From sequence record SRR31156797_511: 53,083 nucleotides of DNA; one strand, written 5' to 3'. How positions within the stretch are numbered: position 1 is the stretch's first letter; each line of letters begins with the position of its first letter. Below, piece by piece: positions 34,803-44,416 of this stretch. The notes under the pieces are model-generated. The model saw nothing but the letters and a program-made list of their open reading frames with translations. It searched no databases and was not told the DNA's origin. The position numbers and the translations under genes are program-made.

Positions 34803-35797
34803 TAGCCCAGTGCCTCAACAAGACGCTCTGCACCCTGACGAAAAGGATCAACAGCGGGTATACCCATCTGTTTTTCAACTTCAGCAAGATAAGTAAGAGC
34901 TTCATCCTCAGACATATGCTGGGTATTGATAGAACAGGCAACGGCCTTACACTCTGGGTTAACAACCTTGGCAATGGGCAAAACCATTTCACGAAGCTCT
35001 TCAAGGGAAGGTAGGGTGTAATCAGGCAGGCCGCGCATGGTTTCACGGGTGGGTTCATGACAAAGAATCAAGGCATCGGGCTGACCGCCATGAATAAGAG
35101 CCATAGTAACCCCGGAATAAGAGGCATGAAAAAGGCTGCCCTGTCCTTCAATGAAATCCCAATGATCAGCATCATTCTCAGGAGTGATGTATTCCACAGA
35201 ACCGGCCATGAAGTCCGCAATTACCGCATCAAGAGGAACACCGTTACCTTCGATAAGAATACCGGTCTGCCCGGTGGGGCGGAAAGTGGACTTGAGGCCC
35301 TGCTTTTTCATTTCTCGGTCCATAGCGAGTGTAGTGTACATTTTACCCACAGAGCAGTCAGTACCTACAGCAAGGCAACGCTTACCACTACGCTTTTTAC
35401 CATTGGCAATGGGATACTTTACAGTAGGAATACGAACATCGTGCAAAGAACATCCGTTCTTCTCAGCTGCTTCTACAAGCTCAGGCTGATCGCGCAGCAG
35501 GGTATGCAAACCGGAGGCAATATCCATTCCGGCTTCGAGGGCTTCCACAAGAATGGATTTCCAGCCATCGGAAATAATACCGCCACGGTTAACAACGCCG
35601 ATAACAAGAGTTTTTACTCCGGCTTCAGCTGCTTCTTTAATAGAAAGATCCTTGATTCCAAGATCTGCTCCACACTCTTCCATACGAAACTGTCCGGCAA
35701 CAGCTTCAGGTCTCCAATCATAAATACCCTGAGCCATTTTTGCAGCCAGCGCATCGGGAGCATCTCCGAGAAAAAGTAAATATGGTGCTTCAAACAT
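34802..35797 (-). CDS. dgcN: D-glutamate N-acetyltransferase (DUF1611 family)
   Basis: PYLLFLGD, VGTDCSVGKMYT, TGQTG, DAVIADF and EGQGSLFH motifs. Confidence 0.87.
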   Translation of the reverse strand: MFEAPYLLFLGDAPDALAAKMAQGIYDWRPEAVAGQFRMEECGADLGIKDLSIKEAAEAGVKTLVIGVVNRGGIISDGWKSILVEALEAGMDIASGLHTLLRDQPELVEAAEKNGCSLHDVRIPTVKYPIANGKKRSGKRCLAVGTDCSVGKMYTTLAMDREMKKQGLKSTFRPTGQTGILIEGNGVPLDAVIADFMAGSVEYITPENDADHWDFIEGQGSLFHASYSGVTMALIHGGQPDALILCHEPTRETMRGLPDYTLPSLEELREMVLPIAKVVNPECKAVACSINTQHMSEDEALTYLAEVEKQMGIPAVDPFRQGAERLVEALG

Positions 35798-35845
35798 TGG
35801 TACTACCCCTTTATCTTATGTTTTTCATTTGATTCCATGGCTAAA

Positions 35846-35860
35846 ACAATTTACATGCCA
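35846..35860 (-). promoter_or_regulatory. Possible sigma-54 promoter of the dgc operon
   Basis: TGGCATGTAAATTGT: GG-N10 spacing correct, -12 element is GT rather than GC. Confidence 0.4.
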
Positions 35861-36262
35861 TACCCTGCATAAATCCGATAACACCTCAGAATAATGGCAA
35901 GTTATAAATCACAAAACCAAATCCCTCAAAAAACGCAGGTTCCAGACACCCGCAAAATGCATAAAATTGTCCAGAAAGGAGTTCTACCAGAGCTTACGTT
36001 CAACAAAAACGTTATTTATTAAATTTAATTCTAAAATTTTGTCGTTTTTTTAAATTTTATACGTTTTAACCCTTAAAAACACAAAATGATTTTGGATGCT
36101 TTTTACATAAATGTACAATCGTTCCGCAACAGCAATGCAAATTAAACAAAGCAGATTCTACGAACAGTCCTTGCACGAACAGGACAAGTAGAGTATTCTG
36201 AAAATCACAACACCCCAACAAACCTACCCCATTACAATAATCACTCAGATGGAAACAAAATT

Positions 36263-37232
36263 ATGTCCGCTAAAAAATACCACGCGACCATATGCGCCAT
36301 TGTGAAAGACGAAGAACTCAATATTCCACACTGGGTAGACTACCACTTTGCAATCGGATTCGATAAAATCTACATCTTTGACAACAACAGCAAAGTCAGC
36401 GTCAAAAAACAACTTGTGAATTACATGCGCCACGGAATCATTGAAGTAAAAGACATGCCCCTGAAAGATTTTCCGCAACTGAGTGCTTACGCATCTTTCC
36501 TGAAACACTTCGGCAAAGAATCACATTGGGTGGCGTTTATTGATGCTGACGAATACATCAACATAAAAAACTGCACAGATATTTCTGAATTCCTTGAAGA
36601 CTACAAAGAACACCCGGCACTAGGCATCAGTTGGAAAATGTTCGGTTCAAACGGCCACCTGAAAAGACCTGCGGAAAGTCCGGACAAGGCCTACACATCA
36701 TGCATCAACGAACTACAAATCCCAGCAGGACTTTGAAGACAAAATGAGGCGTGGATTGGCAACTCCCTTAAAAAGCAGAACAGGCTACACGCTTGAACAG
36801 TTCTACTCACAAGCCCGCATAGCAGGCGAGACGGAAACCAGCATCCAAAAATTCTCTCGAAAAGCAAATTTATACGGCAAACTCGGCCCCGAATTTATAG
36901 CTGCTGAAATTTCGAACAGAATAAATGTGGACGTAAAAAAACTGCTGGAAGAAACGGCCGCAACAGTAATAAAAAAAGGGGAAGCTGAAGCAATCAAAAC
37001 ACTCAAACAAGCATTGCGATACATTTCCGCCCCTCTCCTTTATATATCGCTATCCAAAATATACGCTATGCGAGACAATTACGAATCAGCATTCAAATCT
37101 ATTTCAAAGGCACTGACACACTCTCAAGACAACCTGAGCCAACGGGAATACGCATATAGAGAACTGGCTTCACTTTATGAAAAACAAGAATTCGACAGCC
37201 AGAAAAAGCACATACTTCGTGAATTGAATTAA
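36263..37232 (+). pseudogene. GT2/GT92-like glycosyltransferase split by internal deletion and frameshift
   Basis: First ORF has AIVKDE, W..YH..IGFD..YIFDNNS and FIDADE; the C-terminal YKSQQDFEDK.RRG motif resumes at 36711 in the frame of the second ORF. Confidence 0.75.
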
Positions 37233-37280
37233 CTTTATTCATGCAGCATAAGGCTCAGCTCCTCAGCTCCTTACCCCCAA

Positions 37281-38033
37281 TTAATTCACCTTTCCCGAAT
37301 ATGCTTTGATGAGTTTTTCCCGAACACCTTCAGCAACCAAAGCATCAAATGCAGCCTGAATCCTGCTCACGATATCGTCAGAAGTCTCTTTATTGATCGC
37401 AATATAGTAGCCACCCTGATCAACTAGAACAAAAGCCAACTCCAAATCATTAAAGTCATGCGGCGTAGACTTCATTCTATGCGCCATAGTCACTTCTGAT
37501 CCTGGAATAAGATCAACACGATTTAAAAAAAGTTTAAGTATATTCTGTTTATTAGTTGCAGCCTGATCATAATTAACGCCTTGCTCGAACCCTCTAGACT
37601 TCAACAACTCTTCAACAGATCCGCCACGCAAAACACCTATTTTATATTTCCTTAAATCTTCTGGTGCATTTATTACAATATGTGAACTTTCTTTCAACCG
37701 ATACAAAACAATTCTTCTAGGAAACAGTGGCCCGACCCACTTAAACATATTTTCACGTTTTTCCGTTCGGCTTGTTGTAAACAGAATTGTATTAATATTT
37801 TTCAAAGTTTCTTTATACGCACGCTTCCAGGGCTTAAGACTTAGTTTATAATCAACCCCAGCTCTATCAAGAACCTGAACAACAAGGTCAGCACTTAAAC
37901 CTACAACCTTACCATCTGCTTCATAACTATAGGGAGGCCACTCTTCGGTAAGCACAATCAAATTTTCATCAGCACAAGCTGAAGCGATACTCAAAAAGAA
38001 TATAAACACCCCTAGACACAACACTCTTTTCAT
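37281..38033 (-). CDS. Periplasmic substrate-binding protein (family 3), orphan
   Basis: Signal peptide, TEEWPPYSY, PWKRA and RT.KRE..FKWVGP motifs. Confidence 0.85.
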   Translation of the reverse strand: MKRVLCLGVFIFFLSIASACADENLIVLTEEWPPYSYEADGKVVGLSADLVVQVLDRAGVDYKLSLKPWKRAYKETLKNINTILFTTSRTEKRENMFKWVGPLFPRRIVLYRLKESSHIVINAPEDLRKYKIGVLRGGSVEELLKSRGFEQGVNYDQAATNKQNILKLFLNRVDLIPGSEVTMAHRMKSTPHDFNDLELAFVLVDQGGYYIAINKETSDDIVSRIQAAFDALVAEGVREKLIKAYSGKVN

Positions 38034-38393
38034 ACTGCACTTACCCTTATAACTCAGTCCGTAATAATCCTCTGCATATCTTATTATATAAAGTTCAACA
38101 ATATTATCTGCATCTGTTTTTTGTCTATTTTGGGTAAGTTTTATTACTCTTCCCCGTCTATTCTGCCAGCCTCGAAGTGTTCTTTATGAATTGAAACTTA
38201 CTATTTAATACTCTGATTTATTCGACACAAAGCAAACACCACCCTCTCCAAACACAACATTTTTTACAACAAAGATACTTTTTTCCCTTACTTTTGTTAC
38301 TGTTCCCATTTTTTTTACCACAAAAAAACTCCTTTATACTAGCTAGTTAACCTAACACCCGTCATCCCTCTTGTGAAATACCGCACATTTCTA

Positions 38394-38465
38394 TTGACAC
38401 AGAAACAGTCCAAAGCTAGAAAGTACTCACGTTTTCAAAATGTCGACATTAGACAGTCGCCATTT
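38394..38465 (+). promoter_or_regulatory. Promoter and putative GntR operator of the rid-TRAP operon
   Basis: TTGACA-N17-TAGAAA; palindrome AATGTCGACATT within 7-nt periodic GTCGACA-TTAGACA-GTCGCCA. Confidence 0.55.
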
Positions 38466-38504
38466 AAACAAATAAACCAAATTTCTAAACGGAGAAATTT
38501 ACAG

Positions 38505-38888
38505 ATGACCAAAAAAATCATCGACACTCCCAACGCTCCAGCCGCTATCGGCCCCTACTCTCAGGCTGTAGCAACAGGCGATCTTCTCTTTACTTCCGGC
38601 GCATTGCCCATTGATCCGGCAACCGGAAAAATGGTTGAAGGCAGCATCGAAGACCGCGCTCACCAAGTTTTCAAAAACCTTAGCGCAGTAGCAGAAGAAG
38701 CCGGAACCTCTCTGGATAATGCAATCAAAACGACCGTTTATCTCGCCGATATCACTGACTTTCAGGCAGTGAACGGCGTATATGGTGAATATTTTAACAA
38801 GCCCTTCCCTGCCCGCAGCGCATTTCAGGTCGCAGCACTGCCCCTCGGCTCGGACATCGAAGTAGAAGCAATCATCAACCTTAAATAA
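38505..38888 (+). CDS. ridA: RidA-family enamine/imine deaminase
   Basis: APAAIGPYSQA, N.VY..YF..PFPARS, V..LP.G..IEVEA; GGAG RBS before ATG 38505. Confidence 0.9.
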   Translation: MTKKIIDTPNAPAAIGPYSQAVATGDLLFTSGALPIDPATGKMVEGSIEDRAHQVFKNLSAVAEEAGTSLDNAIKTTVYLADITDFQAVNGVYGEYFNKPFPARSAFQVAALPLGSDIEVEAIINLK

Positions 38889-38908
38889 TTCAAATAGAGG
38901 AAACTACT

Positions 38909-39910
38909 ATGAACCTCGCTAAATTTTCCCGTCGTGGTTATGTTCAGTCCGCAACTCCCATCGAAGCTGTTCCTGCTTTCTCCGAAGCACTCGGTGGCAA
39001 AGTAAACATCTTCATCAAGCGTGATGACCTGCTGCCCGGTTGCTCCGGAGGTAACAAGACCCGTAAGCTCGACTTCTGCATCGCTGATGCTATCGACAAC
39101 GGTGCTGACACCATCATCACCTGCGGTGCTGTTCAGTCAAACCATGCCCGTCTGACCCTTTCATGGGCAGTAAAAGAAGGTATGGATTGCCACCTGATCC
39201 TCGAAGAGCGTGTTAAAGGCAGCTACAAACCTGAAGCTTCCGGTAACAACTTCCTCTTCCAGATCATGGGCGTTAAATCCATCGACGTAGTCCCCGGCGG
39301 CTCCGACATGATGGGCGAAATGAAAAAACTGGCTGCAAAGCTGGAAGCTGAAGGCAAAAAACCTTACATCATTCCCGGCGGCGCATCCAACACCATCGGT
39401 GCTACCGGTTATGTTTCCTGCGCAGAAGAAACCTTGCAGCAGCTTTTCGAAATGGGCCTTACTATCGACCACATGGTTGTACCTTCCGGTTCCGCAGGAA
39501 CCCATGCTGGTATCGTAGTTGGTATGCACGGCTGCAACGCTAATATCCCCGTATCCGGTGTTAACGTAAGTCGTCCTAAAGATGTTCAGGAAGGAATCGT
39601 TCACAAGCTGGCAGTTGAAACTGCTGAGCGCGTTGGCGTAAAAGGCGGCATCCCCGCTGAAGCTGTTGAATGCTTCGATTCTTATGTAGGCCCCGGCTAC
39701 TCTCTGCCCACCGATTCCATGGTTGAAGCTGTTAAACTTCTCGCTTCCACCGAAGGCATCCTGCTTGACCCCGTATACTCCGGTAAAGCAATGGCCGGTC
39801 TCGTAGACCTCGTCCGCAAAGGACACTTCCCCGAAGGTTCCAATGTACTCTTCCTGCATACCGGCGGCTCCCCCGCTCTCTATGCATACCTGGACACCTT
39901 CCGCGACTAA
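38909..39910 (+). CDS. D-cysteine desulfhydrase / cysteate sulfo-lyase family PLP enzyme
   Basis: IKRDDL, GGNKTRKL, GAVQSNH, SGSAGT, LDPVYSGKA and FLHTGG motifs. Confidence 0.9.
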   Translation: MNLAKFSRRGYVQSATPIEAVPAFSEALGGKVNIFIKRDDLLPGCSGGNKTRKLDFCIADAIDNGADTIITCGAVQSNHARLTLSWAVKEGMDCHLILEERVKGSYKPEASGNNFLFQIMGVKSIDVVPGGSDMMGEMKKLAAKLEAEGKKPYIIPGGASNTIGATGYVSCAEETLQQLFEMGLTIDHMVVPSGSAGTHAGIVVGMHGCNANIPVSGVNVSRPKDVQEGIVHKLAVETAERVGVKGGIPAEAVECFDSYVGPGYSLPTDSMVEAVKLLASTEGILLDPVYSGKAMAGLVDLVRKGHFPEGSNVLFLHTGGSPALYAYLDTFRD

Positions 39911-40042
39911 AATAATAATTAATGGCCCGTGCTTTTTCAGTGCGGGCCTTTAAATAATGGCTTAAGGTTATTAAGGTATAGGTTCTGTAATGAGAAGCGG
40001 CACGACTCTTGTTGAATCGCTTCCGCAAATGAGGAGAAATCA

Positions 40043-41038
40043 ATGTCTCGTATTTCCGCAATGCTGATCGCTCTCGTGGCTGTTCTGGTTATGTCCACCG
40101 CCGCGTTTGCAGGTCCCACTGTAATTAAACTGGCCCACCCCAACGTCCCCCAGCACCCCATGGGTCAGGCTTTTGAAAAATTCAAAGAACTCGTTGAAAC
40201 CCGCACTGACGGAAAATTCCGCGTCGACATCTACGACAGCTCCAAATTCGGTAACTTCGACGCAGTTGTTCAGGGCCTACAGTTCAACATGTTGCAGATG
40301 GGTTCCGCTTCCACTCCGAACCTTGCTCCTTTCTCCGATGATTTCCTGATCTTCGACCTGCCTTTCCTGTTCCCCACTTACGAATCTGCTGACCTGATCA
40401 CCGACGGTCCTATCGGCATGACCGCAGCTAAAGCACTGGAAAAAACCGGCATCATCGGCCTCGGCTACATTGAAATCGGTTTCCGTAACCTCTGGAACAA
40501 CCAGCGCACCGTTAAGACTCTTGCAGACGCCAAGGGCCTCAAAATCCGCTCCACTCCTTCTAAAGCACACATCGCAACTCTGAAGGCTCTCGGCATCAAC
40601 CCCACTCCTATTTCCTGGGGTGAAGTATACACCGCTTTGCAGCAGAAAACTGTTGATGGTATCGACATCGACCTGAACCTCGCATGGCACAACAACTTCC
40701 CCGAAGTTAATAACAACCTGACCATCGTTAACTCCCTGTACTCCCCCCACCTCGTAATGATGTCCAAGCGTTTCCTCGATTCTCTGGACGATGCTGATAA
40801 AGTAATCGTACTTGAAGCTTTCGAAGAAGCTAAACTTTACGAACGCAAGCTTATCCGTGACGGCGAAAAAGAAATCATGGCTAAACTGGCCGACAAAGGT
40901 GTGACTGTTTACACTCTCACCCCTGAAGAACGTGCTCGCTGGGCTGAAGCCACCAAAGGTGTATACTCCCAGTTTGAAAAACGTATCGGTAAAGACCTGA
41001 TTGAAAGAGCTAAAGCTACTATTGCAGCTGGTAAATAA
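40043..41038 (+). CDS. dctP: TRAP transporter substrate-binding protein
   Basis: Signal peptide, FDLPFLF, GFRN, KGLKIR and WGEVYTALQQKTVDG motifs. Confidence 0.92.
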   Translation: MSRISAMLIALVAVLVMSTAAFAGPTVIKLAHPNVPQHPMGQAFEKFKELVETRTDGKFRVDIYDSSKFGNFDAVVQGLQFNMLQMGSASTPNLAPFSDDFLIFDLPFLFPTYESADLITDGPIGMTAAKALEKTGIIGLGYIEIGFRNLWNNQRTVKTLADAKGLKIRSTPSKAHIATLKALGINPTPISWGEVYTALQQKTVDGIDIDLNLAWHNNFPEVNNNLTIVNSLYSPHLVMMSKRFLDSLDDADKVIVLEAFEEAKLYERKLIRDGEKEIMAKLADKGVTVYTLTPEERARWAEATKGVYSQFEKRIGKDLIERAKATIAAGK

Positions 41039-41044
41039 AACATA

Positions 41045-41082
41045 CAGCGGCCACCGGACCAACCTTTCCCGGTGGCCGCTGT
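41045..41082 (+). other. Intergenic stem-loop after dctP (mRNA stabiliser or attenuator)
   Basis: ACAGCGGCCACCGG...CCGGTGGCCGCTGT 14-bp stem without a T tract. Confidence 0.6.
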
Positions 41083-41101
41083 TCAAAAAAGCGTGAGCGC
41101 C

Positions 41102-41590
41102 ATGAGTAAAAATTTATTCGATAAAATCGAAGGGGTCGTCTCGTCTACCTGTCTCGCAGGCATGGCCCTGATCATTGCCGTTCAAGTCTTCATGCGCTAC
41201 GTCCTGCAAAGTTCGCTGGACTGGTCTGAAGAACTGGCACGTTACCTCTTCATCTGGTCCGTCTATGTCGGTTGTAGCTACGCAACCCAGAAAGACCGCC
41301 ACCTGGAAGTAACCATCCTCCGCAGCTTCGGCCCTAACTTCGCAAAATACGTGACCCTTATAGCCTATGTCTTCACCATCGGATTCTGTGTCTGCACCGC
41401 AGTCTGGGGATTCCAGATGGTTGATTTCCTCGCTGGCACAGGTCAGAAAACCCCGGCCCTTGAAATCCAGATGTACTGGGTCTTCCTTAGTGTTCCCGTC
41501 GGTATGAGCTTCATGGCCATCCGCACCGCACAGCGCGTGCTCTCCATTCTTCGGGGAGATATCAAATTCGCCTCCCCGGTGGAAAAATAG
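41102..41590 (+). CDS. dctQ: TRAP small permease
   Basis: QVFMRYV, WSEELARYLFIW, H and TPAL motifs; four TM helices. Confidence 0.9.
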   Translation: MSKNLFDKIEGVVSSTCLAGMALIIAVQVFMRYVLQSSLDWSEELARYLFIWSVYVGCSYATQKDRHLEVTILRSFGPNFAKYVTLIAYVFTIGFCVCTAVWGFQMVDFLAGTGQKTPALEIQMYWVFLSVPVGMSFMAIRTAQRVLSILRGDIKFASPVEK

Positions 41591-41603
41591 AAGGTTTATA
41601 TAT

Positions 41604-42884
41604 ATGGATACCGCAATCGTCCTTACATTTCTTTCACTCGCATCATTTCTCTTCCTGAGCGTACCTATCGGCGTCGCTATCGGAATGAGTGTAATCGTGG
41701 GTATCTGGGCAGGCGACATGCTGCCCTACGAATTCCTGATCCAAAAAATGGTCACATCTCTTGATGTATTCCCGCTCATGGCTGTCCCGTTCTTCATTAT
41801 GGCCGGGGAAATCATGCAAAAAGGAAGTATGGCACAACGCCTGCTGACCGTTTCCAAGAGCCTCGTCGGGCACATCACCGGCGGAATGGCCCACATTTCC
41901 ATCCTAACCAGCATGTTCTACGGAGCATTGTCCGGTTCAGCACCTGCAACCGTTGCGGCTGTTGGCGGAATCATGGTCCCCTCCATGAAAAAAGAAGGCT
42001 ACAGCACCTCCTTCTCTACTGCCGTCAACACCGCGGCGGGTTGTCTGGGCGTTATGATTCCACCCAGTGTTCCGCTGATCATTTACGGTACCACTGCAGG
42101 TGTATCTGTCGGTGACCTGTTCATCGCAGGTGTTCTTCCCGGCATCTTTGTTGGTCTCTGCCTCATGGCATGCAGCTACTTTCTTTCCAAGAAGTACGGC
42201 TACACCGGTACCGGTAAAAAGGCCACTTTCAAAGAGATTATGGTTGCCCTCAAGGACTCCATCGTTGCTCTCATGGTTCCGCTCATCGTTCTCGGCGGTA
42301 TTTACGGCGGTTTGACCACCCCCACCGAAGCAGGTGTTATCGCAGTTCTCTACGCCTTTGTTGCTGAAGGCCTCGTTCTGCGTACCCTGAGCTGGAAAAA
42401 AGTAACTGAAATCTTTAAGGGTACAGCCCTGACCACAGCATCCATCTTTCTGGTGGTTGCCACAGCAACTGCGCTGGGTCAGATCCTGCTCTTTTACAAT
42501 GTACCCGACATGCTCGTTAACTTCCTCGTCGAAGTTTCCGATAACAAGTACGTCCTCATTCCGATCATTCTGGTATTCCTGCTGATCATGGGTACTTTCA
42601 TGGACGCACTGGCAAACATCCTGATCCTGACTCCGCTGCTCCTGCCTGTGGTTAAGGTTCTGGGCATGAACCCGATTCACTTCGGTATTGTCATGATCGT
42701 CTGTGCATCCATGGGCTTCCTGACTCCTCCGGTTGGTGTTAACCTCTTCGTAGGTTGCAGTATCGGTAACATCAGCATTGAAAAACTCAGTGCTGCGGTT
42801 ATGCCCTTCCTGTTCACTATGATTCTGGCACTTCTTGTCATTGTTTTCTTCCCGCCCTTGGCACTCTGGCTGCCCGGGCTGTAA
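41604..42884 (+). CDS. dctM: TRAP large permease
   Basis: AVPFFIMAG, SGSAPA, IPPS, TPTEAG, PIHFG and TPPVG.NLFV motifs. Confidence 0.93.
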   Translation: MDTAIVLTFLSLASFLFLSVPIGVAIGMSVIVGIWAGDMLPYEFLIQKMVTSLDVFPLMAVPFFIMAGEIMQKGSMAQRLLTVSKSLVGHITGGMAHISILTSMFYGALSGSAPATVAAVGGIMVPSMKKEGYSTSFSTAVNTAAGCLGVMIPPSVPLIIYGTTAGVSVGDLFIAGVLPGIFVGLCLMACSYFLSKKYGYTGTGKKATFKEIMVALKDSIVALMVPLIVLGGIYGGLTTPTEAGVIAVLYAFVAEGLVLRTLSWKKVTEIFKGTALTTASIFLVVATATALGQILLFYNVPDMLVNFLVEVSDNKYVLIPIILVFLLIMGTFMDALANILILTPLLLPVVKVLGMNPIHFGIVMIVCASMGFLTPPVGVNLFVGCSIGNISIEKLSAAVMPFLFTMILALLVIVFFPPLALWLPGL

Positions 42885-42944
42885 CAATACTTTGCCCGCC
42901 GTCACCCTCCAGACGGCGGGCAACCTATTTTCGGAGCAACACAT

Positions 42945-44174
42945 ATGCAGATTACTCCCCATCCTGAAAAAAAAAGCATCATCGGCATTTCCGGACATGC
43001 AGGAGTCGGACACGTGCACAGCCATTGCGGTTTTGTGCAGGATGATTCTGCCGGATTTGCTACAGCCATTGAAATCATCAAGAGAGCCTACCCCTCTGAC
43101 ACCACCATTGCCGAAGCGAATGTAAACATCCATTCCGGCGAAGTGACCGTTACCACCACTGACGGTGGCATAGGCAAGACTACCGCCCGCCGCAGCTTTA
43201 CCCCTCACGAAGCCGCTCTCGTTACTTCCGCGAAAGGTCTGGATGCAACTTACAGCCAGTCCGTAGCTTTTCAGGTTTTCGGCCGCATTTACGGTCAGGG
43301 AGTGCTGGAAGGTCCGGTGGCATTTCAGGCTGCCTGCTGTCTGGCAGTAATGGACACCTTTGAAAAGAAATTTCCCGGCAGCTTCATTCGCGGCAATGAA
43401 GACATGCCTAGCAAGATCGGCGGCTGCATCGGAACCCATCTGCTCATAGATGAAATCCCGGTTTCCGTAATGGCACTGGTCAATGCCAATGAAGGCGGCC
43501 TTGGCCCTGATGAAGACCTTGAAGGTAATATCGCCCTTGGTGACAAAGGCCGTGCCATGAAAGACCTAGGTCTTGACCGCTTGCCAACCATCATTCTTGA
43601 GAGTAAAGCCTATGTCCCTTCTATATGTGAAGGGGTTGATCATGACCGCATGTGGGTGCGCATCAACGCTGAAGCCGACAATCAATATGTTTATGATGCT
43701 CTGCTTTCCGGCACAGAAGCAGCTGGGCTGCCCTATATCAATTCCGACGCAGCCTATCCCCGCCACACAGGCGAACTCAAAGATGCTGTACAAACTCTTG
43801 GCAAACGTATTGCCGAGATAGGCGAGACTTTCACTAAAGCGGCAACTTCCGCCGAAAAAGTAAAGCTCATCAGCGAACTGGCCTTAATAGTAAGTCAAGA
43901 TGCAGGTGGCGTGACTTTCATGAGCGCGCACATGCATGATCAGGTCGGTGGTGGCGGCATCATGCCCGGAACCAGCGCGGTTCTGTCCATGGCTGTTTCC
44001 GAAGACTATATAAAAGAATGGAAAATTCCGGCTTTCAATGCTGATGACTCTGCCAGCTACATGAATGCTATAAGACATGCCCTGCCCGTGCTTGCCGACA
44101 ATGTAGAAAAAGCACAGGTACAGCTGGAAGAACGTTTCTCATTCAATGAGTCTGAACACGATTTTTTATTTTAA
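42945..44174 (+). CDS. Uncharacterised cytoplasmic protein with His-rich N-terminal motif
   Basis: 409-aa ORF with GGAG RBS, co-oriented in the operon; GHAGVGHVHSH..FVQDDS and GPDEDLEGN motifs. Confidence 0.8.
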   Translation: MQITPHPEKKSIIGISGHAGVGHVHSHCGFVQDDSAGFATAIEIIKRAYPSDTTIAEANVNIHSGEVTVTTTDGGIGKTTARRSFTPHEAALVTSAKGLDATYSQSVAFQVFGRIYGQGVLEGPVAFQAACCLAVMDTFEKKFPGSFIRGNEDMPSKIGGCIGTHLLIDEIPVSVMALVNANEGGLGPDEDLEGNIALGDKGRAMKDLGLDRLPTIILESKAYVPSICEGVDHDRMWVRINAEADNQYVYDALLSGTEAAGLPYINSDAAYPRHTGELKDAVQTLGKRIAEIGETFTKAATSAEKVKLISELALIVSQDAGGVTFMSAHMHDQVGGGGIMPGTSAVLSMAVSEDYIKEWKIPAFNADDSASYMNAIRHALPVLADNVEKAQVQLEERFSFNESEHDFLF

Positions 44175-44416
44175 TTTCTTGTGCAAAATTAACAGGCAGG
44201 CCTTCCCAAAGGGAGGTCTGCTTCTCTGTTTAAACAACTAACATTCGGGATTGTATTAATATTTCTCCACAGAATTAAGCGTGAGCGGAAGCAACATTCC
44301 GCAAGCATTCCTGCTGGTAAGACTCGACAACCCACAAACTTCACGATATCTCAATGACACAAATATTTGATAGAATACTTGCAGACACGCGCGACCCTTT
44401 CAGTACTGGAGATTCC

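Noticed and set aside
41937-43439. 500-aa antisense ORF, and similar ones at 39161-39859, 40277-41086, 49352-50296 and 15825-16709
   Set aside because: Shadows of strongly codon-biased genes on the other strand; no recognisable motifs.
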